A stretch of 64,000 bases of DNA from Firmicutes bacterium UBA5286 (GCA_002408465.1 DHSM01000016.1:10836-74835), one strand, 5' to 3'. Shown: positions 18,121 through 27,973, numbered from the stretch's first letter. Notes: a model not told the origin generated them from the letters alone. A program made the numbers and translations.

Positions 18121-18526
18121 TGTAATACTAAATAAGCTGCAGACTATACGCCGATGTTTAGAGCGAATTGATGCGGAATACTCTGGTGAGCCCCTCAACC
18201 TCGAGAATATTACCAGGCAGGATGCGGTTATTTTGAATGTACAGCGGGCTTGCGAGGCCTGCATCAGTTTAGCGATGCACATAGTTTCCCGTAGGAATTT
18301 AGGAATTCCTCAGAACAGCAGGGAAGCTTTTGCCTTGCTATCCCAGGCTGGCATCATCAGTGATGATTTGGCTCAGCGCCTGAAAGCTATGGTCGGGTTT
18401 AGAAACATCGCTATCCACGATTACCAGAGTCTGAATGTCAAGATTCTGCAAACAATAATCGAAAAACATTTGGGGGACTTCAGGGAATTCTCTGAGATTA
18501 TTATTTCTTTGCCGCAGATAGACTGA
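18113..18526 (+). CDS. hepT: HEPN (DUF86/HepT-type) RNase toxin
   Basis: GFRNIAIHDY (R-X4-H); overlaps MNT gene; start ATG 18113. Confidence 0.88.
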   Translation: MTDVILNKLQTIRRCLERIDAEYSGEPLNLENITRQDAVILNVQRACEACISLAMHIVSRRNLGIPQNSREAFALLSQAGIISDDLAQRLKAMVGFRNIAIHDYQSLNVKILQTIIEKHLGDFREFSEIIISLPQID

Positions 18527-18585
18527 AGCTCGATGCTGGCAAATCTTCGATCAGTCACCGCAAACTCAGCGAAGAAAATTATTTT

Positions 18586-18617
18586 AAAAAGCGCTTCTAT
18601 TAAGTGAGAGGCGCTTT
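18586..18617. terminator. Bidirectional terminator
   Basis: AAAAGCGCTTCT...AGAGGCGCTTTT. Confidence 0.65.
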
Positions 18618-18628
18618 TAATATAAACC

Positions 18629-20491
18629 TCAACGGGTATTGGGCTTCCAGGCCAGCAGGCGCATGGCGTTGAGGATGACCAGCATGACGCTGGCTTCATG
18701 GGCGAGCATGCCCGTGGCTAAAAACACCTTTTGCCCCAGGACCCCTGCCACCAGCAACAAGACCACGGCAACAGCAAAGATGACATTCTGGCGGATATTG
18801 GCGAGAGTTGCCCGGCCTAGGCCCAGGGCGCCGATGAGGCGGTCCAAATCATCGCTCATCAGGGTGAGGTCGGCGGTTTCGATGGCGGCATCGGTGCCCG
18901 CCGCCCCCATGGCAATGCCCAAATCCGCTGCGGCCAGGGCAGGGGTGTCGTTGATGCCGTCACCCACCATGGCGACGATCTGCCCCTGGGCTTGGTAGGA
19001 TTTGATTGCCTCGACCTTGTCCCCGGGCAGCAAGTTGGCCTGGAATTCATCTAAACCCAGCTGGCGGGCGATCGTCCCTGCGGTGCGGGGATTATCCCCG
19101 GTGAGCATGACCACTTTTTTCCCCATTTGCTGCAGTTTAGCTGCTGTTTCCCTGGCTTCAGGCCGGAGGGTATCGGCGATGGCGATGGCGCCAATGACCT
19201 TGCCCTCAGCAGCCACGGGGACGGGAGTTTCACCCATTTCTTCCCGGGCTGTCAGCCACTCTTCGCTCTCCGGGGGAAGGATGATATTGTGCTGTTCCAG
19301 CAGCCTTCTGTTCCCGACTAGAATTCTTTTCCCTTCCACCTGGCCGCTGATGCCGCCGCCGGCAAATACCTGGATGCCTTCAGCGGCCGGGAGGGGGAAG
19401 CTTGAGGCCCTGCGCAGGATGGCACTGCCGATATGGTGTTCAGAGCCCTTTTCTACAGCTGCCGCCAGGCGGAGGACTTCTTCTTCATCTCCTAATAGGG
19501 CGCTGATTGCAGTAACCTCAGTCTTTCCTGTGGTAAGGGTGCCGGTCTTGTCAAAGGCTATAAGGGTTACTTTGCCGGCCTTCTCCAGAAATTCGCCCCC
19601 CTTGACCAGGACCCCGGATTTGGCGGCGTTGCCGATGCCGGCTACCATGGAAATTGGAGTGGAAATGACCAGGGCCCCCGGGCAGCCGATGACTAATAAA
19701 GTAAGGGCAGTATGGAGATTGCGGGTAAAGAGGCCGGTGAGGGCGGCAAGGGCAATAATTGCGGGGGTGTACCAGCGGGAGAACTTCTCAATAAACTTTT
19801 GCGTGGGGGCCTTGCGTTCCTGGGCCTCTTCCACCATGTGAAGGATGCGGGCGAAGGTAGTGTCTTCTCCAACCCGCTGCGCCTGAATTTCCAAGTACCC
19901 TGCTTCCACAATGGAGCTGCTGAAAACCTGGCTGCCGGAGGTCACTTCCACGGGAATCGATTCCCCAGTGATGGCGGCCTGATTGACTGAAGCGCTGCCT
20001 TTTGTGACGATGCCGTCCACCGGGATCTTTCCTCCGGAGCGGACTAGGACCGATTCTCCCGTCCCGACCTCACTGGGGTCTACTTCTATTTCCTGGCCAT
20101 CCCGGAGAACTGTAGCGGCGGCTGGGACCAGGTCCAACAGCTGCCCAATGGCATCCCGGGTCTTGGCTAGGGTCCTGGCTTCCAGAAACTCTCCAAGGGC
20201 AAAGAGAAAGGTGACCGCCGCCGCTTCCCATTGGTCGCCGATGAGGATGCCGCCAAGCGCGGCAATGGTGACCAGGAGATGAATGCTGATGACCTCGGCC
20301 CGCAAGGCATACCAGGCGGTCTTGGCGATGGGGAATCCTGCCGCCAAAGCGGCGGCTGTCATTAAGATGGCCCGGGCTAGGGGAGAGAAGTAACCCATTA
20401 GCCAGCCGAGAATAATCAGGGCGCCGGAAACGATGATAATCAGCAGTTTTTCATTTTTACGCAGCCACAGTTGCCAATTTTCAGGTCTCAT
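18629..20491 (-). CDS. Heavy-metal P1B-type ATPase without N-terminal MBD
   Basis: TGES, CPGALVISTP, DKTGT, GDGIND, HEAS. Confidence 0.93.
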   Translation of the reverse strand: MRPENWQLWLRKNEKLLIIIVSGALIILGWLMGYFSPLARAILMTAAALAAGFPIAKTAWYALRAEVISIHLLVTIAALGGILIGDQWEAAAVTFLFALGEFLEARTLAKTRDAIGQLLDLVPAAATVLRDGQEIEVDPSEVGTGESVLVRSGGKIPVDGIVTKGSASVNQAAITGESIPVEVTSGSQVFSSSIVEAGYLEIQAQRVGEDTTFARILHMVEEAQERKAPTQKFIEKFSRWYTPAIIALAALTGLFTRNLHTALTLLVIGCPGALVISTPISMVAGIGNAAKSGVLVKGGEFLEKAGKVTLIAFDKTGTLTTGKTEVTAISALLGDEEEVLRLAAAVEKGSEHHIGSAILRRASSFPLPAAEGIQVFAGGGISGQVEGKRILVGNRRLLEQHNIILPPESEEWLTAREEMGETPVPVAAEGKVIGAIAIADTLRPEARETAAKLQQMGKKVVMLTGDNPRTAGTIARQLGLDEFQANLLPGDKVEAIKSYQAQGQIVAMVGDGINDTPALAAADLGIAMGAAGTDAAIETADLTLMSDDLDRLIGALGLGRATLANIRQNVIFAVAVVLLLVAGVLGQKVFLATGMLAHEASVMLVILNAMRLLAWKPNTR

Positions 20492-20493
20492 AA

Positions 20494-20727
20494 TTATCCC
20501 TCCTGCTGCACTTTGCTCCTCACCAAGTAGCCCAGTTTGGCTAGTGTTTTATCGATTGCTTCCCAGGTGATAAGGCTTTCGTCGAAGCGGACCAGCAGCT
20601 TGCTGGTGGCGTAACGGACTTCCGCTTGTTCAACCCCTTTCAGCCTGCCCACAACACTGGCGATCATATTGGCGCAGTCGGGACAGGTCAGCTGTTCCAA
20701 GCGGGCAGTGATGTTTACGTAAGCCAT
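20494..20727 (-). CDS. HMA/CopZ-like metallochaperone
   Basis: LTCPDC motif, 77 aa. Confidence 0.85.
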   Translation of the reverse strand: MAYVNITARLEQLTCPDCANMIASVVGRLKGVEQAEVRYATSKLLVRFDESLITWEAIDKTLAKLGYLVRSKVQQEG

Positions 20728-20954
20728 GTTATCAGCTCCTCTACTTCTGGGATTCTGCGCACGGCTTTGAGGTTGCCGTCAACGATGACTGCGGGCAGGC
20801 CGCCGGCATTATACTCCATTATTTTTTCGGGAGCGGTGATCTTTTCCACCTGGATTTCCCCTGAAATAGATTCCAGGGCCTCTCGGACGCGGGCATAAAG
20901 GCGGGCGCAGGTGGGGCAGCCCTGGACTCCCAATAAAGTGACAGTCTTTTTCAT
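20715..20954 (-). CDS. Small thioredoxin-like protein (MTH895/ArsE type)
   Basis: GCPTC, LPAVIVDG; RBS supports ATG at 20954. Confidence 0.8.
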   Translation of the reverse strand: MKKTVTLLGVQGCPTCARLYARVREALESISGEIQVEKITAPEKIMEYNAGGLPAVIVDGNLKAVRRIPEVEELITWLT

Positions 20955-20987
20955 GCTTGAATCACTCCTTTGATAGTTTCTGTCTTT

Positions 20988-21029
20988 ATTATGGGGGGAA
21001 AAACCGGGGGCGAACATGATAAATGTCAA
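20988..21029 (-). promoter_or_regulatory. Class II Crp/Fnr-dependent promoter
   Basis: TTGAC-ATTT-ATCAT (21029-21016) centred 41.5 nt upstream of the TSS predicted from -10 CATAAT (20993-20988). Confidence 0.7.
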
Positions 21030-21033
21030 TTTA

Positions 21034-21068
21034 GAAAAATAAAAACAGCAGGCATCTCGCCTGCTGTT
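21034..21068 (-). terminator. Terminator after Crp/Fnr gene
   Basis: AACAGCAGGC-gagat-GCCTGCTGTT then T-rich tail on minus strand. Confidence 0.8.
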
Positions 21069-21076
21069 GCCAGCTT

Positions 21077-21763
21077 TTAAGTCAATTGTTTTAGGGCGGG
21101 CAAATCCGTGAGCGCCAGTTTTTTGCGGCCTTGGGCCTGAACTAATCCCTGCTGTTGGAGCTCACTGAGTTTGCGGCTGAAATTTTCCACTGTCATGCCG
21201 GTGAGGCTGGCCAAGCCCTCCCGGCTTAAGGGCAGGGTAATAATGGCGCTCTCCTGTTCTTCCGCCAGCTCCACAAGCAGATTGGCTACCCTCTGCAAGG
21301 TGGCCCTGGTGCCCAGGTTCTCAATCTGGTCCTCTGCCTGCAGCAAGCGGAGATTGAGAGCGGCAATGAGTTTGTGGGCGATTTCAGGATTGCGGTGAAT
21401 GATGTCTTCGGCCATATACTTATCCAACTGGCAGATTTTAGAGGGCTCCAGAGCCTGGGCGGAAGCGCTGCGGGCATGCTCGCTGAAGAGCACCGCTTCC
21501 CCAAAAAAGTCCCCCGGCCTTAAGAGGCGCAGCACCTGTTCCTTTCCCTCGGGAGAGGTTTTGAACAGTTTGACGGCGCCGGTGTTTACAATGCACAGCA
21601 TCCTGGCGGGACTGCCCTGGTGGTAGATGATATCGCCGCTGGCGTATTCATTGGTAGTGAGAATGTCATTAAAACGAGCAAGTTCCTGGGGACTTAAATC
21701 CTGAAAGATTGGCACCCGGGAAGCGCAGACATTTTTACAGGGGCTCTGGGGCACAGCTTTCAC
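21077..21763 (-). CDS. Crp/Fnr-family regulator (Flp-like, N-terminal Cys pair)
   Basis: SPCKNVC; GDFFGE; TVENFSRKL recognition helix. Confidence 0.9.
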   Translation of the reverse strand: MKAVPQSPCKNVCASRVPIFQDLSPQELARFNDILTTNEYASGDIIYHQGSPARMLCIVNTGAVKLFKTSPEGKEQVLRLLRPGDFFGEAVLFSEHARSASAQALEPSKICQLDKYMAEDIIHRNPEIAHKLIAALNLRLLQAEDQIENLGTRATLQRVANLLVELAEEQESAIITLPLSREGLASLTGMTVENFSRKLSELQQQGLVQAQGRKKLALTDLPALKQLT

Positions 21764-21775
21764 CTCCGGAGTGGA

Positions 21776-22498
21776 TTACTTGTGTCCTGCCGGGGCCAGG
21801 TAAATGGCAAGGCTGGTTTCTCCGTCCAGGTCCAGAAACTGGTTGAGGGCATCATCGTCAAAGGCATTTATTGCGCAGCACCCTGCATCTATGGCCTCGC
21901 AGGCCAGGTAGAGATTCTGGCAGACATGGCCGGCATCCAGCAACAGGTAGCGCCAAGCCCGTTCGCTGTACCTCCAGGCCGAGCGATAGGGCACAGCGAT
22001 CCAGATGAAGGTGACGGCAGCTCCTGCTATCCACTTTTGCTCGTGGCAGATGGCGGCGATGAGGTCGTTGATATCCTTGTCTTCTCGGATGAGGATCAGT
22101 TGATGGGAAAGGGCCAAGTACCGATATAAGCCGGGTTTCAAACCGGTGATATTGGTGATGGCCAGGAAGGTATCAAAGGGATGGCGGCCGCCAGCCGAGG
22201 GCACGGTGCGCACAGTCCTGATTTTCCCCTGCTCCTGGACACCCTGGGTGGCCCAGAGCAGCCAGGACAGTTCTTGCAGGCTGAGGGGCTGGCGGCTGAA
22301 TTTCCGCCGGCTGCGGCGGTTGTTAATGGCCTCGGCCACGCTGACTGGCCCGGGGGTGAAGCCAGCGGGCTCAGGAAGGTCAATTGCTTCACCCGTCTGG
22401 GGAGTTTCCAAGGGCGGACAGGGCAGCTCTTTGTCTTGGTCGGATTCACTGACAAAGGGATATTTGGTTTTCTCAAAAAACTCTTCACCGATATTCAT
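21776..22498 (-). CDS. SagB/ThcOx-type nitroreductase-fold oxidoreductase
   Basis: RRSRRKF, RTVPSAGGRHP, LDAGHVCQNLYL. Confidence 0.9.
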   Translation of the reverse strand: MNIGEEFFEKTKYPFVSESDQDKELPCPPLETPQTGEAIDLPEPAGFTPGPVSVAEAINNRRSRRKFSRQPLSLQELSWLLWATQGVQEQGKIRTVRTVPSAGGRHPFDTFLAITNITGLKPGLYRYLALSHQLILIREDKDINDLIAAICHEQKWIAGAAVTFIWIAVPYRSAWRYSERAWRYLLLDAGHVCQNLYLACEAIDAGCCAINAFDDDALNQFLDLDGETSLAIYLAPAGHK

Positions 22499-22521
22499 GC
22501 TTTATCTCCTTTTCTTTATTC

Positions 22522-22563
22522 GGGGAGGGTCCTAGAATTTTGACAAATTCGAGGACCGTCCCC
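22522..22563. repeat. REP-like palindrome, family 2 (partial copy at 35931-35954)
   Basis: GGGGAGGGTCCT-A-GAATTT-tgac-AAATTC-G-AGGACCGTCCCC. Confidence 0.65.
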
Positions 22564-22569
22564 GTTTTG

Positions 22570-24402
22570 TCAGCGTTTTTTGAAGCTGGTGGCCAGCTGG
22601 ACCCGGAAGCCTTTGCGGCTTTGGCGGACTGTGGCTTGCATAAAGCCAAAGAAGACTGCCGCCCAGACTAACATGGTGACGGCCAAGCCGAAGATGACTC
22701 GCAAAGCCGGCGCCCAGGTGAGGGGGCGAGTGAGCAGGCAAACCAGGTAGAGAAGGGTCTCTGGAAAGCCCCAGACAAAGTCCATGGGCGGCAGCTGCTG
22801 GATTATGTCCATGAGGGGGGCCGGGGGAAAGGTGTAAACCAGGCACAGGGCCAGCAGGCCGGTAAACAGCAAATTAATCAGGAACATCATTATAGTTGCG
22901 CCGAAGGATATTCTCTGTTGAGGAACATCGGGATTATAGCGGCAGTTGTTGATTGAGTAGAACAGGCCGATGGCGCTGGCTCCCAGGGATATCAAGATGG
23001 CGCCCAGGGCCATGGCGATGATGATGTTGGGAGGAAGGCCGATGGCAATGGCGGTGCCTGTCAACAGCAATTCCATCAGGATTAAGGTAGGCAATACCGC
23101 TGCCAGCAGTTTTCCCCAGACTACGGGCCAGCCGGCCAGGGGCACGCTGTTCAGGAGCCAGGAAGATTCTCCCTCCCGGCCAAAGGACTGCAGGGCCATA
23201 TTGCCGCTGAACATTACTGTGTACATGATTAGAATACCTACCAAGCTTTCTTCGGCCCCTCCTCCGGGTAGGAACAGGGCCCGGCCTACAAAAAACATCA
23301 TAAGCAATAAAGGTGTGAGATAGCCAAACCATTCTCTGGTATCCCGCTTTATGCTGAGCAGGTCCTTTTTGGCCACTGCCCACATGCCATGGATGGGAGA
23401 AGCCAGGGCCAGGGATTCATCCCAGGCCCGGACGGGGGCAATTCCGTTGGCGGCAGGTTTTATTTTGCGGGCTTTGGCCTTTTTGCGGCTGCTTCCGCCT
23501 TGGCTCAGGGAAATCCAGCCCCGGCGAAAGCCCCTTTCTACCAGGAGAAAAGCGGGCACAAATACAGCAGTAGCCAGCGCCAGAGTAAGCAGGGACCAAG
23601 ACAGGGCAACGAGGTGGCTGCCCTGGGAGCCGCTTACTAAGGCCAGTGCACCCCAGCCCCAGGGAAACCAGTTCATCACCTGGAGCAGCTGCTGCTGGCT
23701 GCCCAGCCAGCCGGCCAGGTCCAGCCCAACGCCGCTGGACATTATCAGGTTGGGAATCTGAAAGAGCAAAGCAATGACGATGCCGCTGATGGCGCCGATG
23801 AACCCCACTGCTTCCTTGCTGCGGTGGGGTGGGACAATGCGCATTACAATTAGGTTGAGGAGCTCGGCTAATGCTGTGCCCAGGGCCAGCAAGCCCAGGG
23901 TGATGAGAATAAGCCATAAATAGTAGAGAACGGATGCTTTCAGCAGCAGCCCGAAAAAGAGGCCAGGCAGAAAAATGAACAGTCCTGCCCCCAGCAGGTT
24001 GCTGAAAGCCACCGACAGAGTTTTGACGGCAAATATGGCCCGGGTAGAGACTGGGGCTACAAAGAGCAGCTCCAAGTCTTCAGACATATAGAGGGAGGCG
24101 AAGGCGGCGGTGACGCCAAAAAAGATGCTGCTGATTACCCCCGCCATAAAGAGCAGGGAGAGGAAACCCTGGCCAATCTCAGGAGTCATGGTCTCCAATG
24201 CGCCATATGCTGTTTCGCCGAGAAAGATCAAGAGGGCTAATAAGCTTAAAGTAGGCAGGGCCAGGAACAGCCAGGTCCGCAGCCGCCACTGCCGGAGTTT
24301 GTTCCGGGTGAGGCGCAGCTGGGTGGCAGCCAGCAGGCGGAAATCCTGCCAGAAACTGCGGGCAGGGGGGGCCTGGGTCAGGGGAGGGGGCAGAATGTTC
24401 AT
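22570..24402 (-). CDS. ABC-2-type exporter permease (large, two-module)
   Basis: Many TM helices; coupled (4-nt overlap) to ABC ATPase. Confidence 0.8.
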   Translation of the reverse strand: MNILPPPLTQAPPARSFWQDFRLLAATQLRLTRNKLRQWRLRTWLFLALPTLSLLALLIFLGETAYGALETMTPEIGQGFLSLLFMAGVISSIFFGVTAAFASLYMSEDLELLFVAPVSTRAIFAVKTLSVAFSNLLGAGLFIFLPGLFFGLLLKASVLYYLWLILITLGLLALGTALAELLNLIVMRIVPPHRSKEAVGFIGAISGIVIALLFQIPNLIMSSGVGLDLAGWLGSQQQLLQVMNWFPWGWGALALVSGSQGSHLVALSWSLLTLALATAVFVPAFLLVERGFRRGWISLSQGGSSRKKAKARKIKPAANGIAPVRAWDESLALASPIHGMWAVAKKDLLSIKRDTREWFGYLTPLLLMMFFVGRALFLPGGGAEESLVGILIMYTVMFSGNMALQSFGREGESSWLLNSVPLAGWPVVWGKLLAAVLPTLILMELLLTGTAIAIGLPPNIIIAMALGAILISLGASAIGLFYSINNCRYNPDVPQQRISFGATIMMFLINLLFTGLLALCLVYTFPPAPLMDIIQQLPPMDFVWGFPETLLYLVCLLTRPLTWAPALRVIFGLAVTMLVWAAVFFGFMQATVRQSRKGFRVQLATSFKKR

Positions 24403-25175
24403 CGTCCGTTCCCTTCCAGGCTCTTGATTAATTCATCATGTTCGGCGCTCCCCGTCAGTTCAAGGAAGATATCCTCAAGGCTTTCGCTGCTCCCTACTTG
24501 GCTGCGCAGTTCTTCCGGACTGCCCTGGGCGATGAGTTGGCCTTCTTTAAGGATTCCCACTCGGTGGCACAGGCGCTCAGCAATTTCCAGGATGTGAGTG
24601 GAGACAAAGATTGTCGCCCCCTGCCGGGCCAGTTCGGCCATGACATCTTTGAGCAGGCGGGCGCTGGCGGGATCCAGTCCTACGGTGGGTTCGTCCATGA
24701 GGAGCACCCGGGGTTGGTGGATGAGGGCGGCGGCCAGGATTACTTTTTGGCGCATGCCATGGGAGTAGCCTTCCAGCAGTTCATCGGCCCGGTTTTCCAG
24801 GTCAAACATAGCCAGCAGCTGCTGAGCCCGCTGCCGGGAAATTTCCCTGGGAATGCGGTAGAGGTCAGCCATGAGGGCCAAAAATTCCCGGGCGGTCAAC
24901 TTGCCGTAGAGTTTGGGCTGATCGGGGACATAGGCCAGGAGGGCCTTGGCTTTTGCCGGCTCTTTAACAATGTCTAAGCCGCAGATGAAAGCACTGCCGG
25001 CAGTGGGTTCCAGCAGGCCAGTGAGCATTTTGATGGTTGTGGTCTTGCCAGAACCGTTGGGGCCGAGAAAGCCAAAAATTTCTCCCGCCTTTACTTCCAG
25101 GTTGAGCCCGTTGACGGCAGTGGCAGTGCCGAAGCGCTTGGTCAGATTTTCTGTTTTAATGAGGACATTTTCCAT
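24399..25175 (-). CDS. ABC exporter ATPase
   Basis: GPNGSGKTT, YSHGMRQK, DEPTVGLDP. Confidence 0.92.
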   Translation of the reverse strand: MENVLIKTENLTKRFGTATAVNGLNLEVKAGEIFGFLGPNGSGKTTTIKMLTGLLEPTAGSAFICGLDIVKEPAKAKALLAYVPDQPKLYGKLTAREFLALMADLYRIPREISRQRAQQLLAMFDLENRADELLEGYSHGMRQKVILAAALIHQPRVLLMDEPTVGLDPASARLLKDVMAELARQGATIFVSTHILEIAERLCHRVGILKEGQLIAQGSPEELRSQVGSSESLEDIFLELTGSAEHDELIKSLEGNGR

Positions 25176-25349
25176 ATTGCTTCATCTCCAGTACTAATGC
25201 ATTTATAAAAAATATATCACAATTCAGGCTTTCTCGAAACCCTGAGGCTCTGGAAAAATCAGGTGCTCGTCCCCCCGAATTTGTTGGAATCGGAATGTTT
25301 TCCCCGCCGGGCAAATATATTTTAGCAGTAAGCCTTAAGGGGTGATGAT

Positions 25350-25634
25350 ATGGAAGAAAGAATCCAAGTGCTGCGTGAAAAAATAGCCCAACGCATCAGC
25401 CGCCACGGCATGACAATCCCTGCAGTAATGTTTTTGGAAATGCATAAGCCCCTAGCCGGTGTTGGCGGCGCCCTCATCCACATGCTTGCACCGGGTCTGG
25501 ACTGGATTTTGGGTGAGCAAAACACCGATGATTTAGCCATTCTCCTCAGCGACCGGAATCAGGTAGACTGCCTGATTTCCCGGATCGAGGAGTTGGATAC
25601 CAAGACTTGTAAGGAGGTGAAAAACCAGTGCTAG
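25350..25634 (+). CDS. Conserved-looking hypothetical protein (94 aa), first gene of GlmL-like operon
   Basis: RBS AGGGGTG; overlaps next gene; PAVMFLEMHKPL. Confidence 0.7.
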   Translation: MEERIQVLREKIAQRISRHGMTIPAVMFLEMHKPLAGVGGALIHMLAPGLDWILGEQNTDDLAILLSDRNQVDCLISRIEELDTKTCKEVKNQC

Positions 25635-26425
25635 AGGAGATCATTGTGGTCAATCGACTGGTGCTTTTGGGTCTGACTGTGGCAATTTCAGTAGCCCTGC
25701 TGATTGCAATCCGGCAGGCCAAGAAGGGAAAAAAGTTTTTTATCCGCCGCATCGCAGGTTTGGAGGCCATTGATGAGGCCGTGGGCCGGGCAACAGAAAT
25801 GGGCCGCCCCGTCCACTTCAGCCCCGGCATCGCCAGCCTCAGTGAGGAGACGGCAGCCCAGACCTTGGCAGGTTTAGCTGTCTTAGGCTATGTAGCCAGG
25901 CTGACGGCCAAGTACGACACCGAATTGATTGTCACCAACAGGATGCCTGAAGTCCTGCCAATTACCGAAGAAGTGGTGCGTCAGAATTATCTCAGCCAGG
26001 GCAAATCGGAAAATTATAATCCCGACAATATCGTCTTTTTGTCTGATGAGCAGTTTGCCTACGCTGCCGGGTGCATGGGCATCATGTCCCGGGAAAAGGT
26101 TGCTGCCAACATCATGATGGGCGCCTTCTGGGCGGAATCCCTGATCTTTGCCGAGGGCGGCTTTGCTGCCGGCTCCATCCAGGTGGCTGGGACCGCCAAC
26201 ACCCATCAGCTTCCCTTCTTTATTGCCGCTTGTGATTACTGCCTGATTGGCGAAGAGCTGTTTGCCGCCGGCGCCTACCTGTCCCAGGACCCCATGCAGG
26301 TTGCGGGCATTAAGGTTCAGGACCTAGGCAAGATTGTGGCGGTGCTGCTCATCATCATTGGCACAGTGACCACAACCTGCAACTGGCCTGTAATTTGCGA
26401 ATTTTTAGCTCGGTTTGCATCTTAA
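25628..26425 (+). CDS. Membrane protein, DUF6754-like
   Basis: N- and C-terminal TM; IRRIAGLEAIDEAVGRATEMGRP, DYCLIGEELFAAGAYL recalled as DUF6754. Confidence 0.7.
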   Translation: MLEEIIVVNRLVLLGLTVAISVALLIAIRQAKKGKKFFIRRIAGLEAIDEAVGRATEMGRPVHFSPGIASLSEETAAQTLAGLAVLGYVARLTAKYDTELIVTNRMPEVLPITEEVVRQNYLSQGKSENYNPDNIVFLSDEQFAYAAGCMGIMSREKVAANIMMGAFWAESLIFAEGGFAAGSIQVAGTANTHQLPFFIAACDYCLIGEELFAAGAYLSQDPMQVAGIKVQDLGKIVAVLLIIIGTVTTTCNWPVICEFLARFAS

Positions 26426-26448
26426 GCCAGGCAGATTATTAAGAGGAG

Positions 26449-27078
26449 GTGAAAGAAATGCGTCGCGAAGTCCCAATTGCCGTTACCTTTGTGGCCGGCA
26501 TCCTCTTCCTGCTGGATTATTTTATCAAGATTCCCTATGTCTCTGAAAATGTGGTGGGGCAATTCCTGGATTGGGCTATTATCATCGCCGCCTTTGCCCT
26601 GATCCTGGGGGCGGCAAACCTGTTGCGCATCCACATCCAAAAGATAATTAAAGGGAAGAAGGAGTGGTGGAACAGTGTAATCCTCCTGGTTGCCATGTTT
26701 GTCATGGCCATCATTCCCATCATCTGGACTCAGCAAAATGCTGTCTACACATTTCTGTTTAAGCACATCTTTGAAAATCTAAACGGCACAATGTTTGCCC
26801 TCTTGGCCTTTTATATAGCCTCCGCCGCCTACCGGGCCTTCCGGATCAGGACGAAGGAGGCCGCGGTGCTGCTGGTTTCAGCAGTAGTGGTCATGTTGGG
26901 GGCCACTCCCATCGGCGCCAAGATCTGGAGCGGTTTTCCCGAATACTCCAGCTGGCTGCAGACGATATTCACTACTGCAGGAATGCGGGGAATTATGATT
27001 GGCGCCTCCTTGGGCGCTACAGTAACTGCCCTGCGAATTATCTTTGGCATTGACAAATCATACTTTGGCGGCCAGTAA
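26449..27078 (+). CDS. Polytopic membrane protein of unknown function
   Basis: About 6 hydrophobic segments; strong RBS. Confidence 0.8.
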   Translation: MKEMRREVPIAVTFVAGILFLLDYFIKIPYVSENVVGQFLDWAIIIAAFALILGAANLLRIHIQKIIKGKKEWWNSVILLVAMFVMAIIPIIWTQQNAVYTFLFKHIFENLNGTMFALLAFYIASAAYRAFRIRTKEAAVLLVSAVVVMLGATPIGAKIWSGFPEYSSWLQTIFTTAGMRGIMIGASLGATVTALRIIFGIDKSYFGGQ

Positions 27079-27114
27079 GAGCTGCCCAACCATCGCACAG
27101 GGAGGTGAAATTCT

Positions 27115-27939
27115 GTGAAGCTGTTGGAGAAGCTGCAGAGTATTGACCGGAGAATCATCTACTTGATTCTTGCTCTGTCCATTATTTTGCCCCTGCTCTT
27201 CCCAATCGGGTTTCCTGTGGATACAACAAAGAATACCCAGGATGTGTATGATCAGGTTAATGCCCTGGCGCCTGGTTCCGTTGTCCTGCTGTCCTATGAC
27301 TGGGATGCGGCCAGCGCCCCTGAGCTGCTGCCTCAGGCAGAAGCCCTGACCAAGCATATTCTGGATAGAAAATTAAAGCTGGTGGCGGTTGCCCTTTGGA
27401 ATCAGGGGGCTACATTTGCCGACCGGGTCCACAACGCTATTGCCCCGGAAGTGGGGGCAGTGTATGGACAAGATTATGTCAACCTGGGTTATCGTCCCGG
27501 CGGGTCTGTAGTCCTCAACTCACTGGCTCGGGATATCCACGTCACATTCCCCGAGGATGTGGCCCGGACCAAGACCGCCAGCATCCCCATGATGAAGGAG
27601 ATTAAGAGCATCGACGATATTGACCTGGTAATCTGCCTGTCTGCCGGCGACCCGGGCTTAAGGACTTATATTGAGCAGATTGGAGCTCAGTATCCAGTGA
27701 CCATTAGCGGCGGCGTCACCGCTGTTTCGGTGCCGGGAATGCTGCCTTACCTGCAGTCCGGCGACCTGGTGGGCCTGCTGGCGGGTATGAGCGGGGCCGC
27801 CCAGTACGAAAACCTGGTGGACCGGCCCGGCCTTGGCCTCGGCGGCATGGATGCCCAGTCAATCAGCCATTTAGTGATAATCGCTTTCATAATTATTGGC
27901 AATATTGCTTTTCTCGCCGGGGGCAGAAAGAAGAAATAG
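27115..27939 (+). CDS. Membrane-anchored alpha/beta protein of unknown function
   Basis: TM at both ends around a soluble domain; GTG start with RBS. Confidence 0.8.
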   Translation: MKLLEKLQSIDRRIIYLILALSIILPLLFPIGFPVDTTKNTQDVYDQVNALAPGSVVLLSYDWDAASAPELLPQAEALTKHILDRKLKLVAVALWNQGATFADRVHNAIAPEVGAVYGQDYVNLGYRPGGSVVLNSLARDIHVTFPEDVARTKTASIPMMKEIKSIDDIDLVICLSAGDPGLRTYIEQIGAQYPVTISGGVTAVSVPGMLPYLQSGDLVGLLAGMSGAAQYENLVDRPGLGLGGMDAQSISHLVIIAFIIIGNIAFLAGGRKKK

Positions 27940-27973
27940 TCCGGATTGAAACCAAAGACAAGGAGGTGTAGGA

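Noticed and set aside
21776-25175. RiPP (TOMM/thiopeptide) cluster from SagB-like enzyme plus ABC exporter
   Set aside because: No YcaO, E1-like protein, or Cys/Ser/Thr-rich precursor peptide
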